The translations under genes were made by a program, and so were the position numbers. DNA of 64,000 bases from Burkholderiales bacterium. Lineage in GTDB: Bacteria > Pseudomonadota > Gammaproteobacteria > Burkholderiales > SG8-41. Positions 27,823-37,022 of the stretch are shown one piece after another. The notes under the pieces were generated by a model. That model saw only the letters and a program-made list of their open reading frames with translations, did no database searches and was not told the DNA's origin. The DNA lies in assembly GCA_019751125.1 (NCBI GenBank), contig JAIENU010000074.1, positions 10,464-74,463 on the forward strand, in the 5' to 3' direction. Within the stretch, counting starts at the first letter, position 1; each line of letters begins with the position of its first letter.

Positions 27823-28957
27823 AGACAAACCGATGTCCCTCGACGAGCTGATTGAGGACGCGCAGCGCGTGCTTAGGGTGTGCAATGCCTGCCGCTACTG
27901 CGAAGGCTTCTGCTCGATGTTCCCGGCGATGGCGCGCCGTCTTGAGTTCACCGAGAACGATGTCCATTACCTCGGCAACCTCTGCCACAACTGCGGTTCC
28001 TGCCTCTACGCCTGCCAGTTCGCGCCGCCGCACGAATTCATGGTCAACGTGCCGCGGCTGATGGCCAAGGTGCGCGGCGAAACCTACCGCCAGTACGCCT
28101 GGCCGGGTTTCCTCGGCAAGCTCTACAACAACAACGGCGTCGCGGTGAGCCTGATCTCGGCATTCAGCATTGCGCTGCTGTTCTGGGTGGCCGGCGCTCT
28201 GAATAATCCGGAGCGCTTCTTCGCAGCGCACAGCGATGCGCAGGGTTCCTTCTATGCGCTGATGCCGCACAACCTGATGGCCGGCATGTTCGGTGCGGTG
28301 TTTGCGTTCGCGATGGTTGCGCTGTTCATGGGCTTCATCCGCTTCTGGCCGTATATGGGTGAGGAACTCTCGGACTTCTTCAAAAAACCGCTGGCTGAAG
28401 GCCTGCATGACGCCTTTACCCTGAAGAACCTGGGCGGCGGTGTCGAGAACGAAGGCTGCACCTATCCCAACGAACAGAAGTCGCTGGTGCGGCGGGTGTT
28501 CCATCACTTCACCTTCTACGGCTTCATGTTGTGCCTGGCATCAACCAGCGTAGCCACGGTCTATCACTACGTGCTCAATTATCCGGCGCCATATCCGTAC
28601 ACCAGCCTGCCGGTGATCCTCGGCACCCTCGGCGGCATCGGCCTGCTGATCGGGCCCGCGGGCCTGTTGTACCTGAAGTCGCAGCGCGATCCGGAACTGG
28701 CCGCCACTGATCAGACCGGCATGGATGCCGGCCTGCTGGTGCTGCTGTTCATGATCAGCCTGACCGGCCTCGGCCTGATGATCTGGCGTGAAACCGGCGC
28801 GATGGGCACCTGGCTCGCGATCCACCTCGGCTTTGTGCTCGCGCTGTTCCTGACCATGCCCTATGGCAAGTTCGTGCACGGCATGTACCGCCTGATGGCG
28901 CTGGTGCGCTGGCATGTCGAGCGGCGGCGCCCGGTGCCGGGGGTTGCGCCCGAGTAA
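27809..28957 (+). CDS. tcuB: tricarballylate utilization membrane Fe-S protein
   Basis: Two Cys clusters (CNACRYCEGFC and CHNCGSCLYAC) followed by about six TM helices. The start overlaps the tcuA stop by 14 nt. Confidence 0.8.
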   Translation: MYAAEDKPMSLDELIEDAQRVLRVCNACRYCEGFCSMFPAMARRLEFTENDVHYLGNLCHNCGSCLYACQFAPPHEFMVNVPRLMAKVRGETYRQYAWPGFLGKLYNNNGVAVSLISAFSIALLFWVAGALNNPERFFAAHSDAQGSFYALMPHNLMAGMFGAVFAFAMVALFMGFIRFWPYMGEELSDFFKKPLAEGLHDAFTLKNLGGGVENEGCTYPNEQKSLVRRVFHHFTFYGFMLCLASTSVATVYHYVLNYPAPYPYTSLPVILGTLGGIGLLIGPAGLLYLKSQRDPELAATDQTGMDAGLLVLLFMISLTGLGLMIWRETGAMGTWLAIHLGFVLALFLTMPYGKFVHGMYRLMALVRWHVERRRPVPGVAPE

Positions 28958-28980
28958 GCCGCGACAGTTGTTGTCATCCC

Positions 28981-29016
28981 GCAAAAGGGCCGCTGCTGCG
29001 GCCCTTTTGCTTTTTT
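28981..29016 (+). terminator. rho-independent terminator
   Basis: 13-bp stem GCAAAAGGGCCGC / GCGGCCCTTTTGC, a 4-nt loop and a T6 tract after tcuB. Confidence 0.9.
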
Positions 29017-29061
29017 GATGGCGGCATTCAACCGCCTCATCTCCCGGCTCATTATGCAGAC

Positions 29062-29083
29062 TTGTATCGCGATGTGGATACAA
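29062..29083. promoter_or_regulatory. inverted repeat TTGTATCGCGATGTGGATACAA (candidate GntR-type operator)
   Basis: Perfect 7-bp arms TTGTATC/GATACAA, about 95 nt upstream of the first gene of the GGT-bracketed operon. Confidence 0.4.
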
Positions 29084-29176
29084 CATGGCGGCGCCCGGGT
29101 GATGCTGCTATCGTTCGTAACAGACTGATGCCAACGGCGCTGCCACTGCGCCAGTCCTTTTTCCGGGGTTCATATC

Positions 29177-30895
29177 ATGGCCGGCAAACGCATGACCATC
29201 ATGGGCACCCGCCACGTCGTGGCGGCGGGGCACTATCTTGCGGCACATGCCGCATTCGAAATTCTTGAAGCCGGAGGCAATGCCATTGATGCCGGCGTTG
29301 CTGCAGGCCTGGCAATCGGCGTGCTGCAGACCGACAAGGTCAACATCGGCGGTGTCGCGCCGCAGATCATCTACACCGCGAAAGACCGCAAGGTGCATTC
29401 GATCGACGGCCTCGGCGTGTGGCCGGCGGCGGTGACGCCGGATTATTTTCGCGACAACCACGGCGGCAAGATTCCGCAGGGGGTGCTGCGCTGTATCGTA
29501 CCGGCGGCGCCTGATGCCTGGATCACCGCGCTGTCGCGCTTCGGCACCATGAGCTTCGGTGAAGTGGCCTCCGCCGCGATCCGCTTCGCGCGGGAAGGCT
29601 TCCCGATGCACCCGATGATGTCGAAATTCATCACCGAGCGCGTCGACATGTACAAGCGCTGGCCGTCGAGCAAAAAAGTGTTTCTGCCCGGCGGCAAGCC
29701 GCCGCAGGTGGGGCAGGTGTTCGTGCAGTGCGAACTCGCCGCTACCCTGCAATACATGGCCGACCAGGAACGCCGTGCCGCGCGCAAGGGCCGCAAGGCC
29801 GGGCTGCAGGCGGCACGCGACGCCTTCTACAAGGGTGACATTGCCAGAACCGTTGCCGACTGGATCACCCGCCAGGGCGGGCTGATGCGTTATGACGACT
29901 TTGCCAACTTCAAGGTCAATTTCGAGCCCACGGTGAAGTCGCGCTTCGGCGACCTCGAACTGCACGCCTGCGGTCCCTGGTCGCAGGGACCCGCGTTGCC
30001 GCTGGCGCTGAACATCCTGAAGGGCTTCGACCTGAAGGCGATGGGGCACAACACGCCGCAGTACATCCACACCCTGGTCGAGGCGCTGAAGCTCGCGTAT
30101 GCCGACCGCCACCAGTATTTCGGCGATCCGAAATTCGTCAAGGTGCCGATGGCGGGGCTGATGTCGCAGCGTTATGCCGACTGGCGGCGTTCGCTGATCC
30201 GCGGTGATCGTGCCTGTCCCGGCATGCCGCCGGCAGGTGATCCGAAAACGCTGCAGGAAGTGGCCAGCATCTGCATGCCGGCGCCCACGCTGCACGAGGG
30301 CCCCAAACCCGGCGACACCTCCTATCTCTGCGTGATGGACCGCCATGGCAATGCCTTCTCCGCGACACCTTCGGACGGCTCCGACAAGACACCGATCATC
30401 CCCGGCGTCGGCATCCTGTGCTCGGGACGCGGCACGCAGTCCTGGTCCGACCCCTCGCACCCGTCTTCGGTGGCGCCAGGCAAACGGCCGCGGCTGACCC
30501 CCAATCCGGCACTGGCACTGAAGGGCGGCAAGGCCTATATGCCTTTCGGCACGCCGGGTGGTGATGTGCAGATCCAGGCAATGATCCAGGTGTTCCTCAA
30601 CATCCAGGTCTTCGGCATGGCGGTGCAGGACGCGGTGGAGGCGCCGCGTTTCGCCAGCTACAGCTTTCCCGGTTCCTTCGAGCCGCATGAGTATTTCCCG
30701 GCACGGCTCAATCTCGAGCCGGCGATGGGGGAGGTCACCGGCAAGGCGCTGGCGGCGATGGGGCATGACGTGTACTGGTGGGATGACATGACATCCACCG
30801 CGGGTTCGGTCTGCACCATCGTCAAGGATTTCCGCAACGGCGTGCTGCATGGCGGCGCCGACCCGCGGCGTCCGGCGTATGTGCTGGGCTGGTAA
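29177..30895 (+). CDS. gamma-glutamyltransferase-family Ntn hydrolase, paralog 1
   Basis: GGNAIDAGVAAG N-terminal block, autoprocessing/nucleophile context PGDTSYLCVMDRHGNAFSATPS and a FGTPGG block. Confidence 0.85.
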   Translation: MAGKRMTIMGTRHVVAAGHYLAAHAAFEILEAGGNAIDAGVAAGLAIGVLQTDKVNIGGVAPQIIYTAKDRKVHSIDGLGVWPAAVTPDYFRDNHGGKIPQGVLRCIVPAAPDAWITALSRFGTMSFGEVASAAIRFAREGFPMHPMMSKFITERVDMYKRWPSSKKVFLPGGKPPQVGQVFVQCELAATLQYMADQERRAARKGRKAGLQAARDAFYKGDIARTVADWITRQGGLMRYDDFANFKVNFEPTVKSRFGDLELHACGPWSQGPALPLALNILKGFDLKAMGHNTPQYIHTLVEALKLAYADRHQYFGDPKFVKVPMAGLMSQRYADWRRSLIRGDRACPGMPPAGDPKTLQEVASICMPAPTLHEGPKPGDTSYLCVMDRHGNAFSATPSDGSDKTPIIPGVGILCSGRGTQSWSDPSHPSSVAPGKRPRLTPNPALALKGGKAYMPFGTPGGDVQIQAMIQVFLNIQVFGMAVQDAVEAPRFASYSFPGSFEPHEYFPARLNLEPAMGEVTGKALAAMGHDVYWWDDMTSTAGSVCTIVKDFRNGVLHGGADPRRPAYVLGW

Positions 30896-30940
30896 CAGGT
30901 TCAATCAGCGATTCAACCGTTCAACAGGGAGGTGCCGCAG

Positions 30941-31927
30941 ATGATCACCACGACCGGGCAGTCCATCCGATTTGCTGCAAGTCTGATGTTTGTATTGGCT
31001 GCGGTGGCTGCAACGCCGGCCGCTGCGCAGTCCTTCCCCAACAAACCGATCAAGCTTTACGTCGGCTTCCCGCCGGGCGGCGGTTCCGATGCGCTGGCGA
31101 GGCTGGTCGGCGGGGCCATGCCGGGCCGCCTCAACCAGCAGATCGTCGTCGACAACAAGCCTGGTGCAAATACCATTCTTGCCACCGAATACGTCAAAAG
31201 CCAGCCGGCTGACGGTTACACACTGCTGTTTGTTTCGGCCTCGTTTGCGATCAACCCCAGCCTGTATAAGCTGAGTTATGACATTGAAAAGGACCTGACA
31301 CCGGTGGGGCTGGTGGCAATGGTGCCGCTGTTGATGGTGACCTACCCCGGTTCGGGTGTGGGCAGCGTCAATGAGCTGCTGGCGATGGCGAAAAAACAGC
31401 CGGGCAAACTGACCTTTGCCTCCTTCGGCACCGGCAGTGCCGCGCACCTGGCCGGTGAAATGCTCAACAGCATGACCGGCAGCGATCTGCTGCATGTGCC
31501 GTACAAGGGCAGTGCACCAGCGCTGGCCGATGTGATGGGTGGGCGCATCACGATGATGATGCCGGGCATCGGCTCGGCGATAGCCCTTGCGCGCGAAGGC
31601 AAGCTGCGCGCACTGGCGGTATCGACCGCAAAACGTGCCTCCGGTGCTCCTGAAATTCCCACCGTGGCCGAATCCGGTGTGCCCGGTTTTGATGTAGGCA
31701 CCTGGGAGTCGATCCAGGCGCCGGGCGGCACGCCGCCGGATGTGGTGTCCCGGCTCAACACCGCGCTGCGCGAGGTGACCGCCAATGCCGAGATCCGCGC
31801 CAAGATGGTGGCGATGGGTTTTGAGCCCGAGGGTGCGCGCTCCCCGGCGGAAACCGTGGCCTTCATCCGCAATGAACGCAACAAGTTCGCCAAGCTGGTC
31901 AAGGAACGAAATATCAAGGCGGAGTAA
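30941..31927 (+). CDS. Bug/TctC-family periplasmic solute receptor
   Basis: Signal peptide, then FPNKPIKLYVGFPPGGGSD and the FASFGTGSAAH and VPYKGS blocks. RBS AGGGAGG lies 9 nt before ATG 30941. Confidence 0.9.
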   Translation: MITTTGQSIRFAASLMFVLAAVAATPAAAQSFPNKPIKLYVGFPPGGGSDALARLVGGAMPGRLNQQIVVDNKPGANTILATEYVKSQPADGYTLLFVSASFAINPSLYKLSYDIEKDLTPVGLVAMVPLLMVTYPGSGVGSVNELLAMAKKQPGKLTFASFGTGSAAHLAGEMLNSMTGSDLLHVPYKGSAPALADVMGGRITMMMPGIGSAIALAREGKLRALAVSTAKRASGAPEIPTVAESGVPGFDVGTWESIQAPGGTPPDVVSRLNTALREVTANAEIRAKMVAMGFEPEGARSPAETVAFIRNERNKFAKLVKERNIKAE

Positions 31928-31934
31928 ATCGATT

Positions 31935-33194
31935 TTGACTCCGGCCGCATTGAACAAGCCCTCGGTCACCGTGGTCGGCGCCGGCATAGTCGGCGTCTGC
32001 TCGACCCTGTGGCTGCAGCGCGCCGGCTTTGAGGTGACGCTGGTTGACAGCGGCGGTGTCGGCGAAGGTGCATCCTTCGGCAACGCCGGCAACATCAGTC
32101 CCGGTGCGGTGGTGCCCTATCTGATTCCCGGCATCTGGAAGGAGGCACCGGGCTGGCTGCTCGATCCCGAGGGTCCTCTTGCGGTACGCCCCGGTTATTT
32201 CCTGAAAGCATTGCCCTGGCTGATGGCTGCGGTGCGTTCGGCCGGCGAAGAGGCCGCGCTTCGCACTTCACGTGCAATGCATGCGATACACAGCAGCACG
32301 CTGGATGATTACGCCGAGCTGACCCGCGGCACCGCGGCAGCCGACCTGATCGAACTGTCAGGCCAGCTGTATGTGTCGGAGAAGCCGGGTTCTGCACAGG
32401 GCTCTGCGCTGGCGCAGCGCATGCGCACCGAATTCGGCGTCGAGGCCGTGGCACTGGACTGGATGGAAGTGCGCGAACTGGAGCCCTGTCTGGCGCCGAT
32501 ATTCAAAAGCGGCCTGCTGCTGCCGAAAAACGGCCGCACCAAGAATCCGCACCACCTGGTCACCGCGCTGGCTGACATCGCGCAACGCAACGGTGCACGG
32601 GTGCTGCGCGGCAAGGTCGATGGTTTTGTCACCGAAGGTGCTGCGGTGAAGGCGTTGATCATTGACGGCCAGACCCAGGCCGCCGAGCGGGTGGTGATTG
32701 CCGCGGGTGCTGCCTCGCGCGACCTGGCTGCGCAGCTCGGCAGCAAGTTGCCGCTGGAGGCCGAGCGTGGCTACCACATCACCATCAGCAATCCCGGCGT
32801 GATGCCGCGGATGCCGGTGACCAATACCGATGCCAAATTCGCCTGTGCGCCGATGAATGTCGGGCTGAGGCTGGCGGGCACCGCGGAGTTTGGCGGGCTC
32901 AAGGCTGAACCGAACTGGCAGCGCACCGAAGTGCTCAAGCGCCAGGCGCAGCGCATGTTTCCGGGTGTGAACCTCGAATCGGTTTCAACCTGGAGCGGTA
33001 ACCGGCCGAGCCTGCCCGATGGCCTGCCGGTGCTCGGCGCCGCGCCGAAATTCAACAATGCCTGGTTTGCCTTCGGCAATTCGCACTTCGGCATGTCGGC
33101 GGGGCCGGTGATGGGCAAACTTGCAGCCCAACTGGTGGCCGGGCAGCGCAGCAGTGTCGATATCACGCCTTTCCGCCCGGAACGGTTTAAGTAA
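31935..33194 (+). CDS. FAD-dependent oxidoreductase (DAO/D-amino-acid dehydrogenase-like)
   Basis: VTVVGAGIVGVCSTLWLQRAGFEVTLVD Rossmann motif, GNAGNISPG and a C-terminal DAO block. No ATG is available, so the start is provisionally TTG 31935 (low certainty). Confidence 0.75.
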   Translation: MTPAALNKPSVTVVGAGIVGVCSTLWLQRAGFEVTLVDSGGVGEGASFGNAGNISPGAVVPYLIPGIWKEAPGWLLDPEGPLAVRPGYFLKALPWLMAAVRSAGEEAALRTSRAMHAIHSSTLDDYAELTRGTAAADLIELSGQLYVSEKPGSAQGSALAQRMRTEFGVEAVALDWMEVRELEPCLAPIFKSGLLLPKNGRTKNPHHLVTALADIAQRNGARVLRGKVDGFVTEGAAVKALIIDGQTQAAERVVIAAGAASRDLAAQLGSKLPLEAERGYHITISNPGVMPRMPVTNTDAKFACAPMNVGLRLAGTAEFGGLKAEPNWQRTEVLKRQAQRMFPGVNLESVSTWSGNRPSLPDGLPVLGAAPKFNNAWFAFGNSHFGMSAGPVMGKLAAQLVAGQRSSVDITPFRPERFK

Positions 33195-33208
33195 TTCAGG
33201 ATCAGGAC

Positions 33209-34606
33209 ATGCTCGCGCAACAACTCGCTGAACGTATCGTCGCACTGCGTGATGCCGAACATCCGGCCGCGGCATATGAGGCTTCGCGTGTCGCGGTTGA
33301 AGACACGCTGGGCTGCATGCTTGCCGGTGCGGCAGAGCCGGCGACGACCATGGTTGCCGCGACGGTTGCCGGCAGCGACGGTCCCTGCACCTTGCTCGGT
33401 ACGGGGCGCCGCACCACTCCCCTGGATGCCGCGCTGGTCAATGGCACCGCGGCACATGCCCTGGATTACGACAATGGCAGCAACAGCATGGGTGGCCATG
33501 CCTCGGCAACCATGGTGCCGGCGCTGCTCGCCGCGGCCGAGGCCTTTGGTGGCAGTGGCCGCGACCTGATGGTGGCGCATACCGTCGGCTTCGAGGTCGG
33601 CACGCGCATCGGACTCGGCGTCAACTTCCATCACTACGAAAAGGGCTGGCATCCGACTTCGACCCTGGGCACCTTCGCGGTGGTGGGGGCCTGCGCCTCG
33701 TTGCTGAAGCTGGATGCGGCACAGACTGCAACCGCACTGGCCATCGGTGCCTCGCTGGCCTCGGGCATCAAGGCCAATTTCGGCACCATGACCAAACCGA
33801 TGCATGTCGGCCACTGCGCGCGCAACGGGCTGTTCGCGGTGCTGCTTGCGCGCGAGGGCTTTACCGCGAGTGCGGCAGCCTTTGAACACAAGCAGGGTTT
33901 TTTCGAGGTTTACAACGGCGCCGGCCATTACGACGCGGCGCGCATTCTTGAGGACTGGGCCTCGCCGCTGCAGATCCTGCAGCCGGGGGCCGGATACAAA
34001 CAGTATCCCTGCTGCGCGGCGACCCATTCAGCGCTGGATGCCACGCTGGCCATCGTGCGGGGTGAGGGCGGGCGCATCGACCCGCGGCGCATAGCAAAAA
34101 TCGAAACCTGGACACCGGCGCGGCGCCTCGTGCATACCGACCGCCCTGATCCGAAAAGTAATCTTGATGCCAAGTTCAGCGTGCAGTACTGCGTCAGCCG
34201 CGCGGTGATCGATGGCCGCATCGGCATCGAGCATTTCGAAGGCGAAACCTGGCGCGATCCGGCAGTGCGCGAGCTGATGACGCGGGTGCGCTCAACGGTG
34301 CATCTGCCGGGACAGTTTCCGGCGGACAACCACTTCGGCGCTGAAGTGAAGATCACGCTCGATGACGGCCGCGTGTTGTCCGATCGCGTCGACATCCAGC
34401 TCGGCCGCACCGCGAACAATCCGATTCCGCCGGCACAGTTGCGCGGAAAATTTCTCGACTGCGCCGGCCGTGCCTTGCCGGCGGTCCGCGTCACGCAACT
34501 CGCGCAGCAGCTCGACACGCTGCAGACCTTACCCGATGCGGCCCGGCTGATGGCTGCTGCGGCTGAAGATACAGAAAATTATCAATTAAAACAAGGGGTT
34601 AAGTGA
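33209..34606 (+). CDS. MmgE/PrpD-family protein (2-methylcitrate-dehydratase-like fold)
   Basis: DTLGCMLAGAAEP, GWHPTSTLGTFA and KPMHVGHCARNG blocks of the family. Confidence 0.85.
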   Translation: MLAQQLAERIVALRDAEHPAAAYEASRVAVEDTLGCMLAGAAEPATTMVAATVAGSDGPCTLLGTGRRTTPLDAALVNGTAAHALDYDNGSNSMGGHASATMVPALLAAAEAFGGSGRDLMVAHTVGFEVGTRIGLGVNFHHYEKGWHPTSTLGTFAVVGACASLLKLDAAQTATALAIGASLASGIKANFGTMTKPMHVGHCARNGLFAVLLAREGFTASAAAFEHKQGFFEVYNGAGHYDAARILEDWASPLQILQPGAGYKQYPCCAATHSALDATLAIVRGEGGRIDPRRIAKIETWTPARRLVHTDRPDPKSNLDAKFSVQYCVSRAVIDGRIGIEHFEGETWRDPAVRELMTRVRSTVHLPGQFPADNHFGAEVKITLDDGRVLSDRVDIQLGRTANNPIPPAQLRGKFLDCAGRALPAVRVTQLAQQLDTLQTLPDAARLMAAAAEDTENYQLKQGVK

Positions 34607-35607
34607 TGACTTCCGCTGCGCTGTGTTGTTGCTCCCGCTTTTCTCTGGCCGGTTTGCTGATGGCATTGCCGCTGACCGTGCCGGCGGCACAGTCCCCGAA
34701 AGGTGGTGATGTTGCCTATCCCACGCGTCCGGTGCGGATGATCGTGGCGCAGGCGGCGGGTGGGCCCACCGATGTCGCAGCGCGGGTGTTTGCAACACGC
34801 CTGTCAGACATCATGGGCCAGCAGGTGGTGGTGGATAACCGTCACGGTGCCGGTGGCAGCGTGGCTGGCGAGATTGCAGCGCGGGCGCCGGCTGACGGCC
34901 ACACCGTGCTGGTTGCCGCCAATGGCACGGTGGCTGTGGCGCCGCATTTGATCAAGCTGCCGTTCAGCATACGCACCGATTTCGTGATGACGGCGCTGAT
35001 CGGCAACAGCCCGCTGGGTGTGATGGTGGCGCCCAACCTGCCGGCGAATTCGGTGAAAGAGTTGCTGGCGCTGGCCAAATCACGGCCGGGCAAACTCAAT
35101 TTCGGTTCCTCGGGGCAGGGCGCCACTTCGCATCTGGCCGGCGAACAGTTGAAAATGCTTGCCGGCATCAACATCGTGCATGTGCCGTACAAGGGCGCGG
35201 GCCCGGCGCTGATCGGACTCGTCGGCGGCGAGATCGACATCCTGATTTCCGGGTTGTCGAGCGCGCTGCCTTTCGTCAAACAGAAGCAGCTCAAGCTGCT
35301 GGCGGTGAGCAGCGCGAAGCGCACGGCCCTGATGCCCGAGCTGCCCTCGATGGCGGAGACGGTGCCCGGTTATGACGTCGGTTCCTGGTATGGCGTGTTG
35401 ACCACGTCGGGGACGCCGCGGCCGGTGATCGAGAAGCTGCACGCGATGTCCAACCGCGCGCTGGGGGCGCCGGATATCGTGGCCAAGCTGATTTCTCTGG
35501 GCATCGACCCCGAGCTGATGACACTGCCGCAGCTCTCGGACAAGCTCAACTCCGAATACGAGCGCTGGGGCAAGGTGGTGAAGGCGGCCGGCATCAAGGC
35601 CAACTGA
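34606..35607 (+). CDS. Bug/TctC-family periplasmic solute receptor
   Basis: Signal peptide, then YPTRPVRMIVAQAAGGPTD and the FGSSGQGATSH and VPYKGAG blocks. The start overlaps the PrpD-like stop (GTGATG). Confidence 0.9.
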   Translation: MTSAALCCCSRFSLAGLLMALPLTVPAAQSPKGGDVAYPTRPVRMIVAQAAGGPTDVAARVFATRLSDIMGQQVVVDNRHGAGGSVAGEIAARAPADGHTVLVAANGTVAVAPHLIKLPFSIRTDFVMTALIGNSPLGVMVAPNLPANSVKELLALAKSRPGKLNFGSSGQGATSHLAGEQLKMLAGINIVHVPYKGAGPALIGLVGGEIDILISGLSSALPFVKQKQLKLLAVSSAKRTALMPELPSMAETVPGYDVGSWYGVLTTSGTPRPVIEKLHAMSNRALGAPDIVAKLISLGIDPELMTLPQLSDKLNSEYERWGKVVKAAGIKAN

Positions 35608-35617
35608 GGCACTCACG

Positions 35618-36739
35618 ATGAGCAGCAGGGATGCCGATGTTCTGGTACTCGGCGGTGGCCTGGTCGGCACCGCCGTGGCCTATGGGCTGGCGCGGCTGGG
35701 CCAGCGCGTACTGGTACTCGACGAGGGTGACATCGCGCATCGTGCCTCGCGCGGCAATTTCGGACTGGTGTGGGTGCAGAGCAAGGGTTTCGGCGTGCCC
35801 GAATACCAGCGCTGGACACGGCGTTCGGCCGACGATTGGGCTGATTTTTCCGCGGAGCTTCTGAGCGAAACCGGCGTCGCCAGCGGCCACGAGCGGCCGG
35901 GCGGGGTGACGATCTGCCTGAATGAAGAAGAGCTTGAACGCCGGCGCAAACGCATGGAGCAGCTGCACCTGGAGGCGGGCGAGACGCAGTTCCAATACGA
36001 AATGCTCAACCCCGCCGAGCTGAAAAAACTGATCCCCGCGATCGGTCCCGAAGTCGTCGGCGCCTCGTTTACGCCGTACGACGGCCATGCCAATCCGCTG
36101 TACACGCTGCGTGCGCTGCATGCGGCGCTGCTCAAGCATGGCGGCCGTTACCAGCCCAATGCGCGGGTGACCGCGGTGGATGCCAGGCCCGGCGATTTCA
36201 GGGTCAGTGCCGGCGGCCATAGTTATGCCGCGCCGAAGGTGGTACTCGCCGCGGGCCTCGGCAACAAGGAGCTGGGGGCCATGGTCGGGCTCAATGTGCC
36301 GGTGCGTCCGGTGCGCGGGCAGATCATCGTCACCGAGCGCATGCAGCCGGTGCTGCCGATGCCGACACTGATGATCCGCCAGACCGTGGAAGGCACGATC
36401 ATGATCGGTGAATCGCGCGAGGAAAGCGGTTTCGACGACACGACTTCGCCGGAAATCGTGCACACGCTGGCCCAGCGCGCGGTGAAAACCTTTCCCTTCC
36501 TGCGCCATGCACGCATCGTGCGCAGCTGGGGCGCGCTACGCGTGATGTCGACCGACGGCCTGCCGGTGTATGAGCAGTCGGTGCAGTTTCCGGGTGCCTT
36601 TGTCTGCACCTGCCACAGCGGCGTCACCCTGGCCGCGGCGCATGCCCGCCATTACGCGCGTTATGTCGTCGAAGGCGCCTTGCCGGCGGAGCTGGCGCGT
36701 TTTTCCACGGGACGGTTCAATGTTCAAGCTGCTGCCTGA
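35618..36739 (+). CDS. FAD-dependent oxidoreductase, beta-type subunit of an opine/D-hydroxyproline/HCN-synthase-like heteromeric flavoenzyme
   Basis: DVLVLGGGLVGTAVAYGLARLG Rossmann motif and DAO-family blocks. It is followed by a small 2Fe-2S subunit and an HcnB/OoxA-like subunit. Confidence 0.75.
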   Translation: MSSRDADVLVLGGGLVGTAVAYGLARLGQRVLVLDEGDIAHRASRGNFGLVWVQSKGFGVPEYQRWTRRSADDWADFSAELLSETGVASGHERPGGVTICLNEEELERRRKRMEQLHLEAGETQFQYEMLNPAELKKLIPAIGPEVVGASFTPYDGHANPLYTLRALHAALLKHGGRYQPNARVTAVDARPGDFRVSAGGHSYAAPKVVLAAGLGNKELGAMVGLNVPVRPVRGQIIVTERMQPVLPMPTLMIRQTVEGTIMIGESREESGFDDTTSPEIVHTLAQRAVKTFPFLRHARIVRSWGALRVMSTDGLPVYEQSVQFPGAFVCTCHSGVTLAAAHARHYARYVVEGALPAELARFSTGRFNVQAAA

Positions 36740-37022
36740 AAGTAATCCACTGGCGCCGGCCGTCACGGTGGTCGTCAACGGGCGCAGCGTCGCGGTGCCG
36801 CAGGGCTGCAGCGCGGCGGCGGCGATGCTGATGCACGGCGGCGGCAGCACGCGCACCACGCCGGTCAGCGGCGAAGCGCGCGCGCCGTACTGCATGATGG
36901 GTTTGTGTTACGAATGCCTGATGGAAATCGACGGCGAACCCAACCAGCAGGGCTGTCTGGTGATCGTGCGCGAAGGCATGCACATCAATCCCCAGCTCGG
37001 CAAACCGGGAGTGAAGCCGTGA
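36720..37022 (+). CDS. (2Fe-2S)-binding small subunit (HcnA/opine-oxidase gamma-like)
   Basis: 100-aa protein with the Cys cluster PYCMMGLCYECLMEIDG. It overlaps the upstream gene by 20 nt. Confidence 0.75.
   Translation: MFKLLPESNPLAPAVTVVVNGRSVAVPQGCSAAAAMLMHGGGSTRTTPVSGEARAPYCMMGLCYECLMEIDGEPNQQGCLVIVREGMHINPQLGKPGVKP

Noticed and set aside
29108-30904. Very long antisense ORFs mirroring real genes. Examples: 29108..30904 (598 aa), 38433..40298 (621 aa), 26242..27885 (547 aa), 36908..38476 (522 aa), 16569..17945, 17818..19155, 20335..21687, 5403..6584.
   Set aside because: - These are typical shadow ORFs of GC-rich DNA.
- Their translations are low-complexity, R/A/G/H/P-rich strings without recognisable motifs.
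- They lack RBS-supported starts.
- The opposite strand in each case encodes a protein with clear family signatures.
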